Source of the DNA: an uncultured Alphaproteobacteria bacterium
GTDB taxonomy: Bacteria; Pseudomonadota; Alphaproteobacteria; CACZRW01
Assembly: GCA_944390645.1 (NCBI GenBank)
Contig: CALXRE010000058.1
Coordinates: 10,737 to 74,736, forward strand
Length of the DNA stretch: 64,000 nt
Reading direction: 5' to 3'
Position numbers and translations under genes: made by a program. Below the pieces are notes generated by a model. The model saw only the letters and a list, made by a program, of their open reading frames with translations. It did not search any database and had not been told where the DNA came from. Numbering within the stretch: the stretch's first letter is position 1; the number at the start of each line of letters is the position of its first letter. Shown one piece after another: positions 41,141-50,190 of the stretch.

Positions 41141-42375
41141 TAAATAATCTCTCCCTTTAAAAGTTTATCTTCCCAGCCCGTAATCTTTACGTCTAAAATT
41201 TCTCCTGCTTTGCCTTGCTTCCCTGTCAATTTTACTGGTATATAGTGAGAATCACTACCAAAATCTGACTTCTCAAGTAAAACAGATGTTGTTAATCCTA
41301 CCCTTGAAGAAAGATAACTTGCAAGTAATCTTTCTCCTTCTTGACGTAAAAGAAATGCTCGTTCTTTCCTGATAGAAGACAAAACTTGGGGCATCTTGAT
41401 GGCTGCGGTACCTTCTCTTTCTGAATATGGAAAAACATGTAAAAGAATTATATTACATCTATTTACTAAATCTATAGTGTCTGAAAACATCTCTTCGCTT
41501 TCTGTCGGAAAACCTGTAATAAAATCCGAGCCAAAAACTATATCTGGACGAATAGATCTAAGTTTTGAACATAATGAAAAAATATCTTCTCTTCTATGAC
41601 GTCTTCCCATCCTCTTTAAAATTATGTCGTTACCTGATTGTAAAGAAAAATGAATGTGAGGCATTAAACGGTTCTCTCTTGAAAAAAGAGATATTAAATC
41701 TTCATCAAAAGCTCCTGGATCTAAAGAGCTAAAACGAAGCCTCTTAATCCCTGGAACTTCTTGTAAAAGAAGTTCTGTAAGTCCTCCTAGACGCGGATAT
41801 TTAGAGTTATCTTCTCCATAAGATGCTATATTTATACCACTAAGCACAAACTCTCTAAAACCGGCTGAAACTAACCTTTTTGCTTCAGAAACTATCCTAC
41901 AAGGAGAAACGCTTCGATTCTTACCTCTAACTTTCGGTACAATGCAAAAAGTACAATGGTAATCACACCCTTGTTGTATTTGCAAAAAAGCCCTTGAACG
42001 TCCTTCAAAACCACTTAAAAGATGATCCGAAAAACCTCCTTCTTGCATTATATCTCCTACGTTTAAAAAAGAACCCTCTCTTTTGAAATTAATCGATGAT
42101 AACTTCTCTTTGTTACCTAAAACTCTATCTACTTCGGGCATCGAGGCAAACCTTTCTGGATGAAATTGCGCCGCACAACCAGTTACAACTAAAAAGGTAT
42201 GTGGATTTTCTTTCCTAAGCCTCCTAATAGTTTGGCGACTTTGTCTCTCTGCTTCACCTGTAACTGCACAGGTGTTTACAACGGTCAAATCAATATCTTT
42301 AGGAACAATTTCTTTAATTAATTCCGATTCATACGCATTAATACGACACCCTAAAGTAATGACACGTATAGACAC
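41140..42375 (-). CDS. mtaB: MiaB/MtaB-family radical-SAM tRNA methylthiotransferase (MtaB-like)
   Basis: N-terminal MTTase domain VITLGCRINAYESE, radical SAM CDYHCTFCIVP, TRAM-like C-terminus. Confidence 0.8.
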   Translation of the reverse strand: MSIRVITLGCRINAYESELIKEIVPKDIDLTVVNTCAVTGEAERQSRQTIRRLRKENPHTFLVVTGCAAQFHPERFASMPEVDRVLGNKEKLSSINFKREGSFLNVGDIMQEGGFSDHLLSGFEGRSRAFLQIQQGCDYHCTFCIVPKVRGKNRSVSPCRIVSEAKRLVSAGFREFVLSGINIASYGEDNSKYPRLGGLTELLLQEVPGIKRLRFSSLDPGAFDEDLISLFSRENRLMPHIHFSLQSGNDIILKRMGRRHRREDIFSLCSKLRSIRPDIVFGSDFITGFPTESEEMFSDTIDLVNRCNIILLHVFPYSEREGTAAIKMPQVLSSIRKERAFLLRQEGERLLASYLSSRVGLTTSVLLEKSDFGSDSHYIPVKLTGKQGKAGEILDVKITGWEDKLLKGEII

Positions 42376-42401
42376 TTTTCCCCCTTTTAAAAATAATACT
42401 T

Positions 42402-42971
42402 TTAATATGGGGCAGGGTACGAATTAACTGAATTTGGTTGAGAATAATAAGTGTTATTCGGATCCGTATATTGTTGTTTACCTTTGGTGATGGCATCTAT
42501 CCTTTCTTGGTAAATCTTCTTTACACTTTCAAAAGAACTCTCTAACTCATCTGGGGAAAGTTGTGCTTCTAAACGATCCCTTAAGGGAATAGCATCTGAA
42601 TACTTATCCATAACCGCAAGTTGTGCCCAACGATAAGCAAAAGAAGGACTGTGGGGAAGTATCGTACCTGTATTGTACATCTTTGCTATTTCAAATTCTG
42701 ATGGACCGTGTCCTCGGCTAGCGGCCGAAAGTAAACAATCAACAGCATCTACTCTTTCTTTCTCATCTTTGGAATCCCTAAGTGAAAGTGCTGTATGGTA
42801 TAATTCTTGAACATCTTTTATATTCTTGCAGCGTTCTGATGTATAGGTAAAGTAATTTATAGGTTGATCTGATAAAGTAGAGGATTCACTGCTAAAAGAA
42901 ATTGTAGGAATTCCTAAAATCCCTAAAATAAAAGATAGATAAATAAACTTAGGCATTGTATTCTCCGCCAC
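42402..42971 (-). CDS. secreted Sel1-like repeat protein
   Basis: N-terminal signal peptide (FIYLSFILGILGIPTISFS). Sel1/TPR-like segment AASRGHGPSEFEIAKMYNTGTILPHSPSFAYRWAQLAVMD. Confidence 0.5.
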   Translation of the reverse strand: MAENTMPKFIYLSFILGILGIPTISFSSESSTLSDQPINYFTYTSERCKNIKDVQELYHTALSLRDSKDEKERVDAVDCLLSAASRGHGPSEFEIAKMYNTGTILPHSPSFAYRWAQLAVMDKYSDAIPLRDRLEAQLSPDELESSFESVKKIYQERIDAITKGKQQYTDPNNTYYSQPNSVNSYPAPY

Positions 42972-43044
42972 TTATGGTGTTATAAAATTTATAGGTTAAT
43001 TTAAACCACCTTTGGTCATTTTAGCAATTATATTAAGTGTAAAA

Positions 43045-44961
43045 ATGAAAAAATTTATTCTCTTTTTGCTTTTACCTTTCTTTGTCGCAGAAATAAATAC
43101 GGTTAAAGCCGAGCCTTTCTTCGCAGAAATTATACCTTTAAATGAAAATGTAACTCCTGGTGAAAACTTAATCCTTGCTGTCGTAATTAATCTCGAGTCG
43201 GGTTGGCACTCTTATTGGCGAAATCCTGGTGAAGCTGGTGAAGCTATTAATATTATTTGGACCTTACCTCAGGGATTCTCTGCTAGTGAAATCAAATGGC
43301 CTGTGCCTAAACGTTTCGTAACCGCTGGATTCCACGAGCTTGGTTATAGTCAAAAAGCTTATCTTTTTACAGAAATTAAAATACCTGAAAATTATGATAA
43401 AAAGCTCATTCCAATAAAAGCTAATATTTCTTTTCTCCTATGTGGAACCGAATGTATACCTAAAAACATAGACTTGTCTTTGGATATTAAGATTGGAAAA
43501 AAAGAAAAACTTAACCAAGAAATAGCTAAAGTATATGAAACTTTGCCAGAGATGTTCCCTAATGAAGTGTTTTTCCTAGATAAAGGTAATTATTTAGAAC
43601 TATATTTTCCTTATAACCTCGATGATAAAGCTGATTTTTTCCCTTACCAAAATGAAATCGTTGCTAAAAATAAGCCAACTATAAATAAAAATACTCTAAT
43701 CCTAGAAAAATATAAAACTTCCTTTAATCCTCTCTATGTTAGTGGGGTGTTAGTTGAAAAAGAAAAAAATTATGAAGTCTTTGCTAAACCTCTTACTAAT
43801 CAAAAAATAAATCTTCTTTTCATAGTTTGTTTAGCTTTCTTGGGGGGCTTAATCCTTAATTTTATGCCTTGTGTCCTTCCTTTGTTGTCTTTGAAAATCC
43901 TTGGAATCCTTAATGCTGAAAAAGAAAAAATCCGTAAAAATAGTATCGCTTATGCTTGCGGAATATTAGTTTCTTTCCTGATTATTGCTTGTTTAATCGT
44001 AATATTAAAAAACGCTGGAATGGCTATAGGTTGGGGATTCCAAATGCAAAACCCTGTGTTCGTTTTCTTCCTCGTAGGATTGATGATGTTGTTGGGGCTA
44101 ATGTTCTCTGGATTATTCGAACTCGGTACTTCTTTAGTAAAATTTGGCTCTGGGAAAAATGGAGCCTTTATGTCTGGTGTCCTTGCTGTATTAGTATCTT
44201 CTCCTTGTGTCGCTCCGTTCATGGGAACGGCTATGGCTTATACTTTAACTGCTTCTGCTTTGGTAACTTTATTAATATTTGCTACTATGGCAATAGGGCT
44301 CGCTTCACCTTTCATCTTGCTATCTTTAAATACAAAATGGATAAAATATATTCCTAAAACGGGTAAATGGACTAAAAGATTAAAAGAAATATTAGCGATA
44401 CCTTTATATGCTACTTCTTGTTGGTTGGTTTGGATATTAGAAAAACAAACTGGATATAATGGGTTGTGCTTGGCTATAGCTCTACAACTAACTATTGTAA
44501 TCGCAGTACTCGGAAAACGTAAGTCCTTATTCTTAATCGTCGCTATGTTATTCTTATTAGGTTCTTTCTTTTTAGCTGAAAATAAAAATGTAAAAAATAT
44601 CCAAAAAGGATTGTATATAACTTGGCAACCTTATGAACAGCAAAAATTTCAAACCTTGTTAGAACAAGGAAAACCTGTCTTCTTAAAATTTTCTGCTGCT
44701 TGGTGTTTAACTTGTTTGATAAATGAAAAAATCGCTCTAGATACTCCTCAGACAAAAAAGATTTTTGAACAAAAAAATATTGTTCCTATAAGCTTAGATT
44801 GGACTAATAAAGATAATAATATTACTTTATTGATTAATAAATATGGCTATAATGGGGTGCCTTTGTACATTTATTATCCTAAAGGTAAAAACTCTCAATT
44901 CCATGTATTGCCACAATTACTTACTCAGAGTATGCTCGAAAAGTCATTAAATGAGGAATAA
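43045..44961 (+). CDS. dsbD: thiol:disulfide interchange protein DsbD (protein-disulfide reductase)
   Basis: Signal peptide MKKFILFLLLPFFVA. TM Cys pair in the FMPCVLP and SSPCVAP regions. C-terminal thioredoxin-like AAWCLTC. ATG 43045 is preferred over ORF-track start 43012. Confidence 0.8.
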   Translation: MKKFILFLLLPFFVAEINTVKAEPFFAEIIPLNENVTPGENLILAVVINLESGWHSYWRNPGEAGEAINIIWTLPQGFSASEIKWPVPKRFVTAGFHELGYSQKAYLFTEIKIPENYDKKLIPIKANISFLLCGTECIPKNIDLSLDIKIGKKEKLNQEIAKVYETLPEMFPNEVFFLDKGNYLELYFPYNLDDKADFFPYQNEIVAKNKPTINKNTLILEKYKTSFNPLYVSGVLVEKEKNYEVFAKPLTNQKINLLFIVCLAFLGGLILNFMPCVLPLLSLKILGILNAEKEKIRKNSIAYACGILVSFLIIACLIVILKNAGMAIGWGFQMQNPVFVFFLVGLMMLLGLMFSGLFELGTSLVKFGSGKNGAFMSGVLAVLVSSPCVAPFMGTAMAYTLTASALVTLLIFATMAIGLASPFILLSLNTKWIKYIPKTGKWTKRLKEILAIPLYATSCWLVWILEKQTGYNGLCLAIALQLTIVIAVLGKRKSLFLIVAMLFLLGSFFLAENKNVKNIQKGLYITWQPYEQQKFQTLLEQGKPVFLKFSAAWCLTCLINEKIALDTPQTKKIFEQKNIVPISLDWTNKDNNITLLINKYGYNGVPLYIYYPKGKNSQFHVLPQLLTQSMLEKSLNEE

Positions 44962-44963
44962 TC

Positions 44964-46286
44964 TTGCAAACAGAAACTTTTAAATATACTAGCTATCTAT
45001 TTCAGCCTGAGCTTGGACTACTTACTTTAAATTATGCAGTCGATGATAAATATTCTTTCTCTGAAAAAATATTCTTCCCAAAACCTTTTAGATCTTTAAA
45101 TCAAATAGAACTTAAAGCTCTCGATCGTGTTTTTAGGGCTCTTCATATCGCTGCTGGAATAAGTTATTATAAAGCTTTCTTATCCCCTAAAATGGAAATC
45201 TTAACAGAACCTTTGAATCATAATGAGGTCATATTCTTTAACGACTTCTATATCAAAGGATTGGGAGAATTTTCTTTTCGAAATGATGTCAGTATAAAGC
45301 CAAATTTTACTCCAATAGCAAAGTATTCTTATCCTGAAACTATTGAATTACCTAAAAAAATTTTATTGCCTGTAGGGGGTGGAAAAGATTCTTCGGTCGT
45401 AACGGAAATCTTAAAAAATGCTGGATATAAACCTGTTCTTTTTTCTGTTGGTAATCCTCGACCTATTAAAGATTGTATGAAGGTTGCTAATCTGGAAACT
45501 TTAATCGTTAAAAGAGAAATATCTCCTTTGTTGTTAAAACTTAATGAGGAAAATAATATCTTAAACGGTCATGTCCCTGTTACTGGAATTCTTTCTTTTA
45601 TTATGGTCGCTGCTGCTTTATTATATGGTTTCTCAGATATTATTATGGCAAATGAACGTTCTGCAAATGTCGGAAATGTCAAAAAAAATAAGCTTATAGT
45701 TAATCACCAATGGAGTAAATCTCTTGAATTCGAAACCTCTTTTCGAAACTTTATAGCTCAAAATTTATTCATAGGACTTGAATACTTTTCTCTTTTACGA
45801 GGAATGTCAGAGCTTGCTATTGCAAAAAAATTTGCATCCCTTAAACAATATCATACGGTCTTTACTAGTTGTAATCATGCTTTTAAAATCGATGAAACTA
45901 AACGAATTGATCGTTGGTGTTGCTTGTGTGATAAATGCCGTTTCGTCTTCTTGGCTTTGGCTCCTTTCTTATCAAAAAATGAAATGATAAAAATATTTGG
46001 TACAAATCTCCTCGCTGAACCTTCTCAAGAAAGAGGATACAAAGAGTTGTTAGGTCTTAGTGCTTATAAACCTTTCGAATGTGTCGGAGAAATTAAAGAA
46101 TCTGCTGCCGCTCTATCTTTGTTGGCTTCTGAAAAAGACTGGAAAGATGAATATATCGTCCAAAAATTGTTCCCAGAGGTATTTAAAAAATATGGAGATT
46201 GTCAAAACTTTATTCGTGAAGCCTTCTCTAAATCTAATAAACATAATATACCAACGGAGTTCTTAAGTGCAGTTGATAGAGCTTGA
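44964..46286 (+). CDS. PP-loop ATP-pyrophosphatase-like protein with Cys cluster (candidate MurL-type epimerase partner of the adjacent Mur ligase)
   Basis: TTG start with GAGGA RBS. PP-loop-like LPVGGGKDSSVV; Cys cluster DRWCCLCDKCRF. Translationally coupled to the downstream Mur ligase. Confidence 0.5.
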   Translation: MQTETFKYTSYLFQPELGLLTLNYAVDDKYSFSEKIFFPKPFRSLNQIELKALDRVFRALHIAAGISYYKAFLSPKMEILTEPLNHNEVIFFNDFYIKGLGEFSFRNDVSIKPNFTPIAKYSYPETIELPKKILLPVGGGKDSSVVTEILKNAGYKPVLFSVGNPRPIKDCMKVANLETLIVKREISPLLLKLNEENNILNGHVPVTGILSFIMVAAALLYGFSDIIMANERSANVGNVKKNKLIVNHQWSKSLEFETSFRNFIAQNLFIGLEYFSLLRGMSELAIAKKFASLKQYHTVFTSCNHAFKIDETKRIDRWCCLCDKCRFVFLALAPFLSKNEMIKIFGTNLLAEPSQERGYKELLGLSAYKPFECVGEIKESAAALSLLASEKDWKDEYIVQKLFPEVFKKYGDCQNFIREAFSKSNKHNIPTEFLSAVDRA

Positions 46287-47517
46287 AAAACAAAAAATCG
46301 CTATCTGGGGGCAGGGAAAAGAGGGTAAGGCTGTCGCTAAATTCCTTTCTGAAAAAAAAATCAATTTCTCTTTCATTGATGATAAAGAAAAAAATTTAGA
46401 AAAATTCTCTTTCATCTTTAAATCTCCAGGAGTCAGTCTGTATAAACCTGAAATATCCTTGGCAAGAAAAAAAGGTGTTTTCTTCTCTTCTGCAACTAAT
46501 TTATTCCTTGCTCAAATTAAACAACTCAAAAAACGACCATTCCTAATAGCGGTTACTGGAACTAAAGGAAAAAGTACTACTTCTTATATGATAGCTCATA
46601 TACTTTCTTCCCTCGGTTATAAAACTTTCTTGGGCGGAAATTTCGGTACTCCTATTTTAGAAGCCTTGGATAACATTCAAAATTATGACTTCATCGTAGC
46701 TGAAATATCTAGTTACCAAGCTGCAGATTTAAAATATGGTTTTGATGCATCTTTGCTTAATAATCTCTTCCCTGAGCATTTAAATTGGCATCTATCTCAT
46801 GAAAATTATTATCGGGATAAATTAAATCTACTTGCTCTTACTCCTATGAATATTGTAAATGCTGCTGATCCTAAAACCCTAGAAATGACTAAAAAAATAA
46901 AAACTATTCCTTTTAATATTCCAGAAGGTTTCCATATAAAAGATAATTGTATATATAAAAAAAATATAAAATTCTTAGATAAAAAAATCCCTTTGTTAGG
47001 TTATCATAATCTTAGTAATTTATGTGGCGCTTTAACTATGATTTATAACTTAGGGCTAAACTTAAATTATAATAAAATATTAAAGGCTATTGATGCTTTC
47101 AAACCTTTACCTCATCGCTTGCAAATATTCGAAAAAAATAATCAATGGTTCGTTGATGATAGTATTTCTACAACCCCAGAAACAGCTATCGCCGCATTGG
47201 ATGTCTTCTCGGATAAAAAAATTACTTTAATTGCTGGCGGCTTCGAACGAGGTCAAAATTATCAAAAATTGGCAGAAAAAATCTATGATAATAACGTTAA
47301 ACTGGTTGCTATACCAAATACTGGTAAGCGAATTGCTTTAGAAGTACGAAAACTAGGCGGTGAAGTCTATGAAGTCGATAATATGGAACTTGCTGTCTCT
47401 AAAGCTAAACAAATAACCCCTATTGGGGGTGTAATCCTTTTATCTCCTGCTGCTCCTAGCTATGGGGTATATAAAAACTTCGAAGAAAGAGGAAATACTT
47501 TCGTTTCCTTAATATAA
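46267..47517 (+). CDS. stand-alone MurD-like UDP-N-acetylmuramoyl-L-alanine--glutamate ligase (candidate MurD2)
   Basis: Mur ligase P-loop AVTGTKGKSTTSYMIAHIL, central and C-terminal Mur ligase domains, MurD-like N-terminus IAIWGQGKEGKAV; 416 aa; outside any dcw cluster. Confidence 0.65.
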   Translation: MQLIELEKQKIAIWGQGKEGKAVAKFLSEKKINFSFIDDKEKNLEKFSFIFKSPGVSLYKPEISLARKKGVFFSSATNLFLAQIKQLKKRPFLIAVTGTKGKSTTSYMIAHILSSLGYKTFLGGNFGTPILEALDNIQNYDFIVAEISSYQAADLKYGFDASLLNNLFPEHLNWHLSHENYYRDKLNLLALTPMNIVNAADPKTLEMTKKIKTIPFNIPEGFHIKDNCIYKKNIKFLDKKIPLLGYHNLSNLCGALTMIYNLGLNLNYNKILKAIDAFKPLPHRLQIFEKNNQWFVDDSISTTPETAIAALDVFSDKKITLIAGGFERGQNYQKLAEKIYDNNVKLVAIPNTGKRIALEVRKLGGEVYEVDNMELAVSKAKQITPIGGVILLSPAAPSYGVYKNFEERGNTFVSLI

Positions 47518-47922
47518 TTACCCTCTGCTATTATTTTGGGTATATAAAGCTCTCGGTAATGGAGAAAATTCTTTAGCCTCTGTCCTCTTGGAACCCTTGG
47601 GATTAACTATAAATAAAGCTTTCTTCTTGTCCTTTTTGTGATACCTTGATCTTATCTTAATGGATCTTTTATTTAATGCTGTAGGAGAAATAGGATTGAT
47701 TTTCTTCTCTACTCCTTCTTGAACAAGTCTTTGTTCGACTTCTTTCCCCTTATTCGTCAACTCTTTTGCAACTTCAACTTCTAAATTCGTTTTCTTATTA
47801 TCTTCTAATACTTTCGGTTGCACTTCTTCTTTCTTTACCGTCTTCTCTATAGGAGTAGAAATTATATCTTCTGCTACCTTTTGGGCATCTCCATTCTCTC
47901 TAGGCTTTGATACTTCTTCCAT
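47518..47922 (-). CDS. hypothetical Lys/Glu-rich protein
   Basis: 134 aa, highly charged, no recognisable motifs. Confidence 0.35.
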   Translation of the reverse strand: MEEVSKPRENGDAQKVAEDIISTPIEKTVKKEEVQPKVLEDNKKTNLEVEVAKELTNKGKEVEQRLVQEGVEKKINPISPTALNKRSIKIRSRYHKKDKKKALFIVNPKGSKRTEAKEFSPLPRALYTQNNSRG

Positions 47923-47943
47923 AGTAAATATTCCTTCTCTTGT

Positions 47944-48633
47944 TTAATGATTATGTAATGCTTCTCTCTGTGCTGCAATAAACCTAAGACGTAATATGCT
48001 TTCTTTCTTCTGTTCTTTTGCCATATGAGAAAAATTATGTTGTATCCTTTTCCCTGCTACATTTATATTCTCTGCTTTGTTATAATCATGTCTATTTAAA
48101 GCTGCTTTTAGCTTCTTTATGCCAAATGTCGAACTAACTAGTTGGGTGGATGATAAATCATTCCCAAATTTCCCTGTAATCCTATTTCGTTGCCATTCTT
48201 GTAAACTTAAATAATTCTCCTTATTTATTTGAATCTCTTGAATTTTCTTCTCTCCATCAAAATCTTTTTCTTCCTCCTTGGAGAGTAAATTATTTTCCTT
48301 TCCTTGTTCTTCTTCTTTAATGCGTTTTAAAAGTTTATTTAACACTTCTGGGTTGTTGGTTTTTATTCTTATAGTAACGTCATCTAAAATAAAAAAAGGT
48401 AAGTCATTTTCTTTTATGGAAGTTGAAGAAGATGAACTTCCTTCTGTCCCCATCTTACTTAAAAGATCTAAAAAGGTAGAACGATTGCTCTCTGTAGGAT
48501 AAATCTCTAAATATTTGTTGATTGCTTTATAAACATCTTTTATATCTCCCGTCAGAGAACGACCTGTTAAAGTGAAAGCCTTTAATATGCGACGGGCTTC
48601 TTCTATGCTTACAGTAGCAACTTTTCCTTCCAT
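47944..48633 (-). CDS. hypothetical protein
   Basis: 229 aa, Ser-rich patch and charged low-complexity middle; no recognisable motifs. Confidence 0.4.
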   Translation of the reverse strand: MEGKVATVSIEEARRILKAFTLTGRSLTGDIKDVYKAINKYLEIYPTESNRSTFLDLLSKMGTEGSSSSSTSIKENDLPFFILDDVTIRIKTNNPEVLNKLLKRIKEEEQGKENNLLSKEEEKDFDGEKKIQEIQINKENYLSLQEWQRNRITGKFGNDLSSTQLVSSTFGIKKLKAALNRHDYNKAENINVAGKRIQHNFSHMAKEQKKESILRLRFIAAQREALHNH

Positions 48634-48710
48634 TAATAGACTCTTTAAACTACATTAATACTATATAATTATAGCTTATAAAAAAAAACTTTTTTGTCAA
48701 GGTTTTTCAA

Positions 48711-49316
48711 ATGACGGTCGTGGTTGCTCTTACTGGCGGGATAGCTTCTGGAAAAACTACTTTAGCTCTATTCGCAGAGAACAAAGGAATACCTGTGTTC
48801 TATGCAGATAAAATAGTATATGAATTATATAAAACTCGACTTGTTCAATCTGAACTAAAAACAAATTTTCCTTATATAGAAGAGATAACTATTGAAAACG
48901 TTCATAAAATTGTGCAACAACTCGCAACAAATATCGATAATCTTATAATCTTAGAAAAAATTATTCACCCATTAGTCGCTAAAGAAGTTAAAACTTTTAT
49001 TAATAAGGCTATACAAAATAATATACCCCTTGTTTTGCTAGAAGTGCCTTTATTGTTTCAAAGTGGTATTAACAAATATTGTGATTATATTATTACTTTA
49101 TCCTTACCAGAAAAAATCCAACAACAAAGAGCTTTACAAAGATCAAATATGACAAAACAGAAATTCCAACTCTTGAACGAACGGCAAAAAAATAACTTTA
49201 ATAATAAAGCTGACTTTATTATTGATACTTCTTGTAGTATCACAAAAGCAAAACAAGCTTTTAAAAAAATTATCTTAAAAATAAAAGGAGACATAAATGG
49301 TAGCAAAAATTCGTAA
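48711..49316 (+). CDS. coaE: dephospho-CoA kinase
   Basis: P-loop ALTGGIASGKTT at N-terminus; 201 aa. Confidence 0.85.
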   Translation: MTVVVALTGGIASGKTTLALFAENKGIPVFYADKIVYELYKTRLVQSELKTNFPYIEEITIENVHKIVQQLATNIDNLIILEKIIHPLVAKEVKTFINKAIQNNIPLVLLEVPLLFQSGINKYCDYIITLSLPEKIQQQRALQRSNMTKQKFQLLNERQKNNFNNKADFIIDTSCSITKAKQAFKKIILKIKGDINGSKNS

Positions 49317-50190
49317 AGCGGTTTTCCCTGTTGCTGGTCAAGGAACCAGATTCTTGCCTGCAACAAAAGTTGTTCCAAAAGAATTATTACCTATCATTGA
49401 TAAACCCTTAATCCAGTACGCTGTCGAGGAAGCTAGAGAAGCTGGAATCGAGGAGTTCATCTTTGTCGACAGTAGAGGAAAAAGTATAATTGCTAACCAT
49501 TTCGACGCTAACCCTGAACTCGAAGATATATTATTAGCTAAAGGAAAATACGAATTATTACAAACCGTGCAAGAAAGTACTATACCTCCTGGTTGCGCTG
49601 TTTATTCGCGCCAGGAAAAAGCTTTAGGTCTTGGTCATGCTATTTGGTGTGCTAGAAAACTTATTGATAATCAACCTTTCGCTGTTTTGTTGCCTGACGA
49701 CTTATTCTTCTATTCTCCTAATTGTTTAAAACAATTAGTAGATGAATATGAACGCTTTGGTGGGCATATGTTAGCTGTACATGATGTCCCTATCCAAGAT
49801 ACTGAAAAATATGGAATACTCAAAATTACTAAAGATAATGGTTTAACTGTAATCGCAGATACTTTAGTCGAAAAACCTAAACCAATTGATGCTCCTTCAA
49901 ATGTTGCTATTGCTGGAAGATATATTTTGTCTCCTGTTATATTTGAAGCTTTGGATAAAAAAATCATAGGAACAGGAGGGGAAATTCAACTAACAGACGC
50001 AATAACGGCTACATTAGATAAAGTAACTTGTACGGGCGTAAGATTTAAAGGAAAACGCTTCGATTGTGGATCGGTAAATGGTTGGTTGCAAGCTAATATC
50101 TATCTAGGCTTGCAAAGAGAAGATATTAATGATTTTTTACTCAAATATCTACAAAAGCTAGGCTTTAATTGTGAAAATGATAAAATATAA
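49297..50190 (+). CDS. galU: UTP--glucose-1-phosphate uridylyltransferase
   Basis: VFPVAGQGTRFLPATKVVPKELLPI nucleotidyltransferase signature of GalU. Confidence 0.85.
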   Translation: MVAKIRKAVFPVAGQGTRFLPATKVVPKELLPIIDKPLIQYAVEEAREAGIEEFIFVDSRGKSIIANHFDANPELEDILLAKGKYELLQTVQESTIPPGCAVYSRQEKALGLGHAIWCARKLIDNQPFAVLLPDDLFFYSPNCLKQLVDEYERFGGHMLAVHDVPIQDTEKYGILKITKDNGLTVIADTLVEKPKPIDAPSNVAIAGRYILSPVIFEALDKKIIGTGGEIQLTDAITATLDKVTCTGVRFKGKRFDCGSVNGWLQANIYLGLQREDINDFLLKYLQKLGFNCENDKI

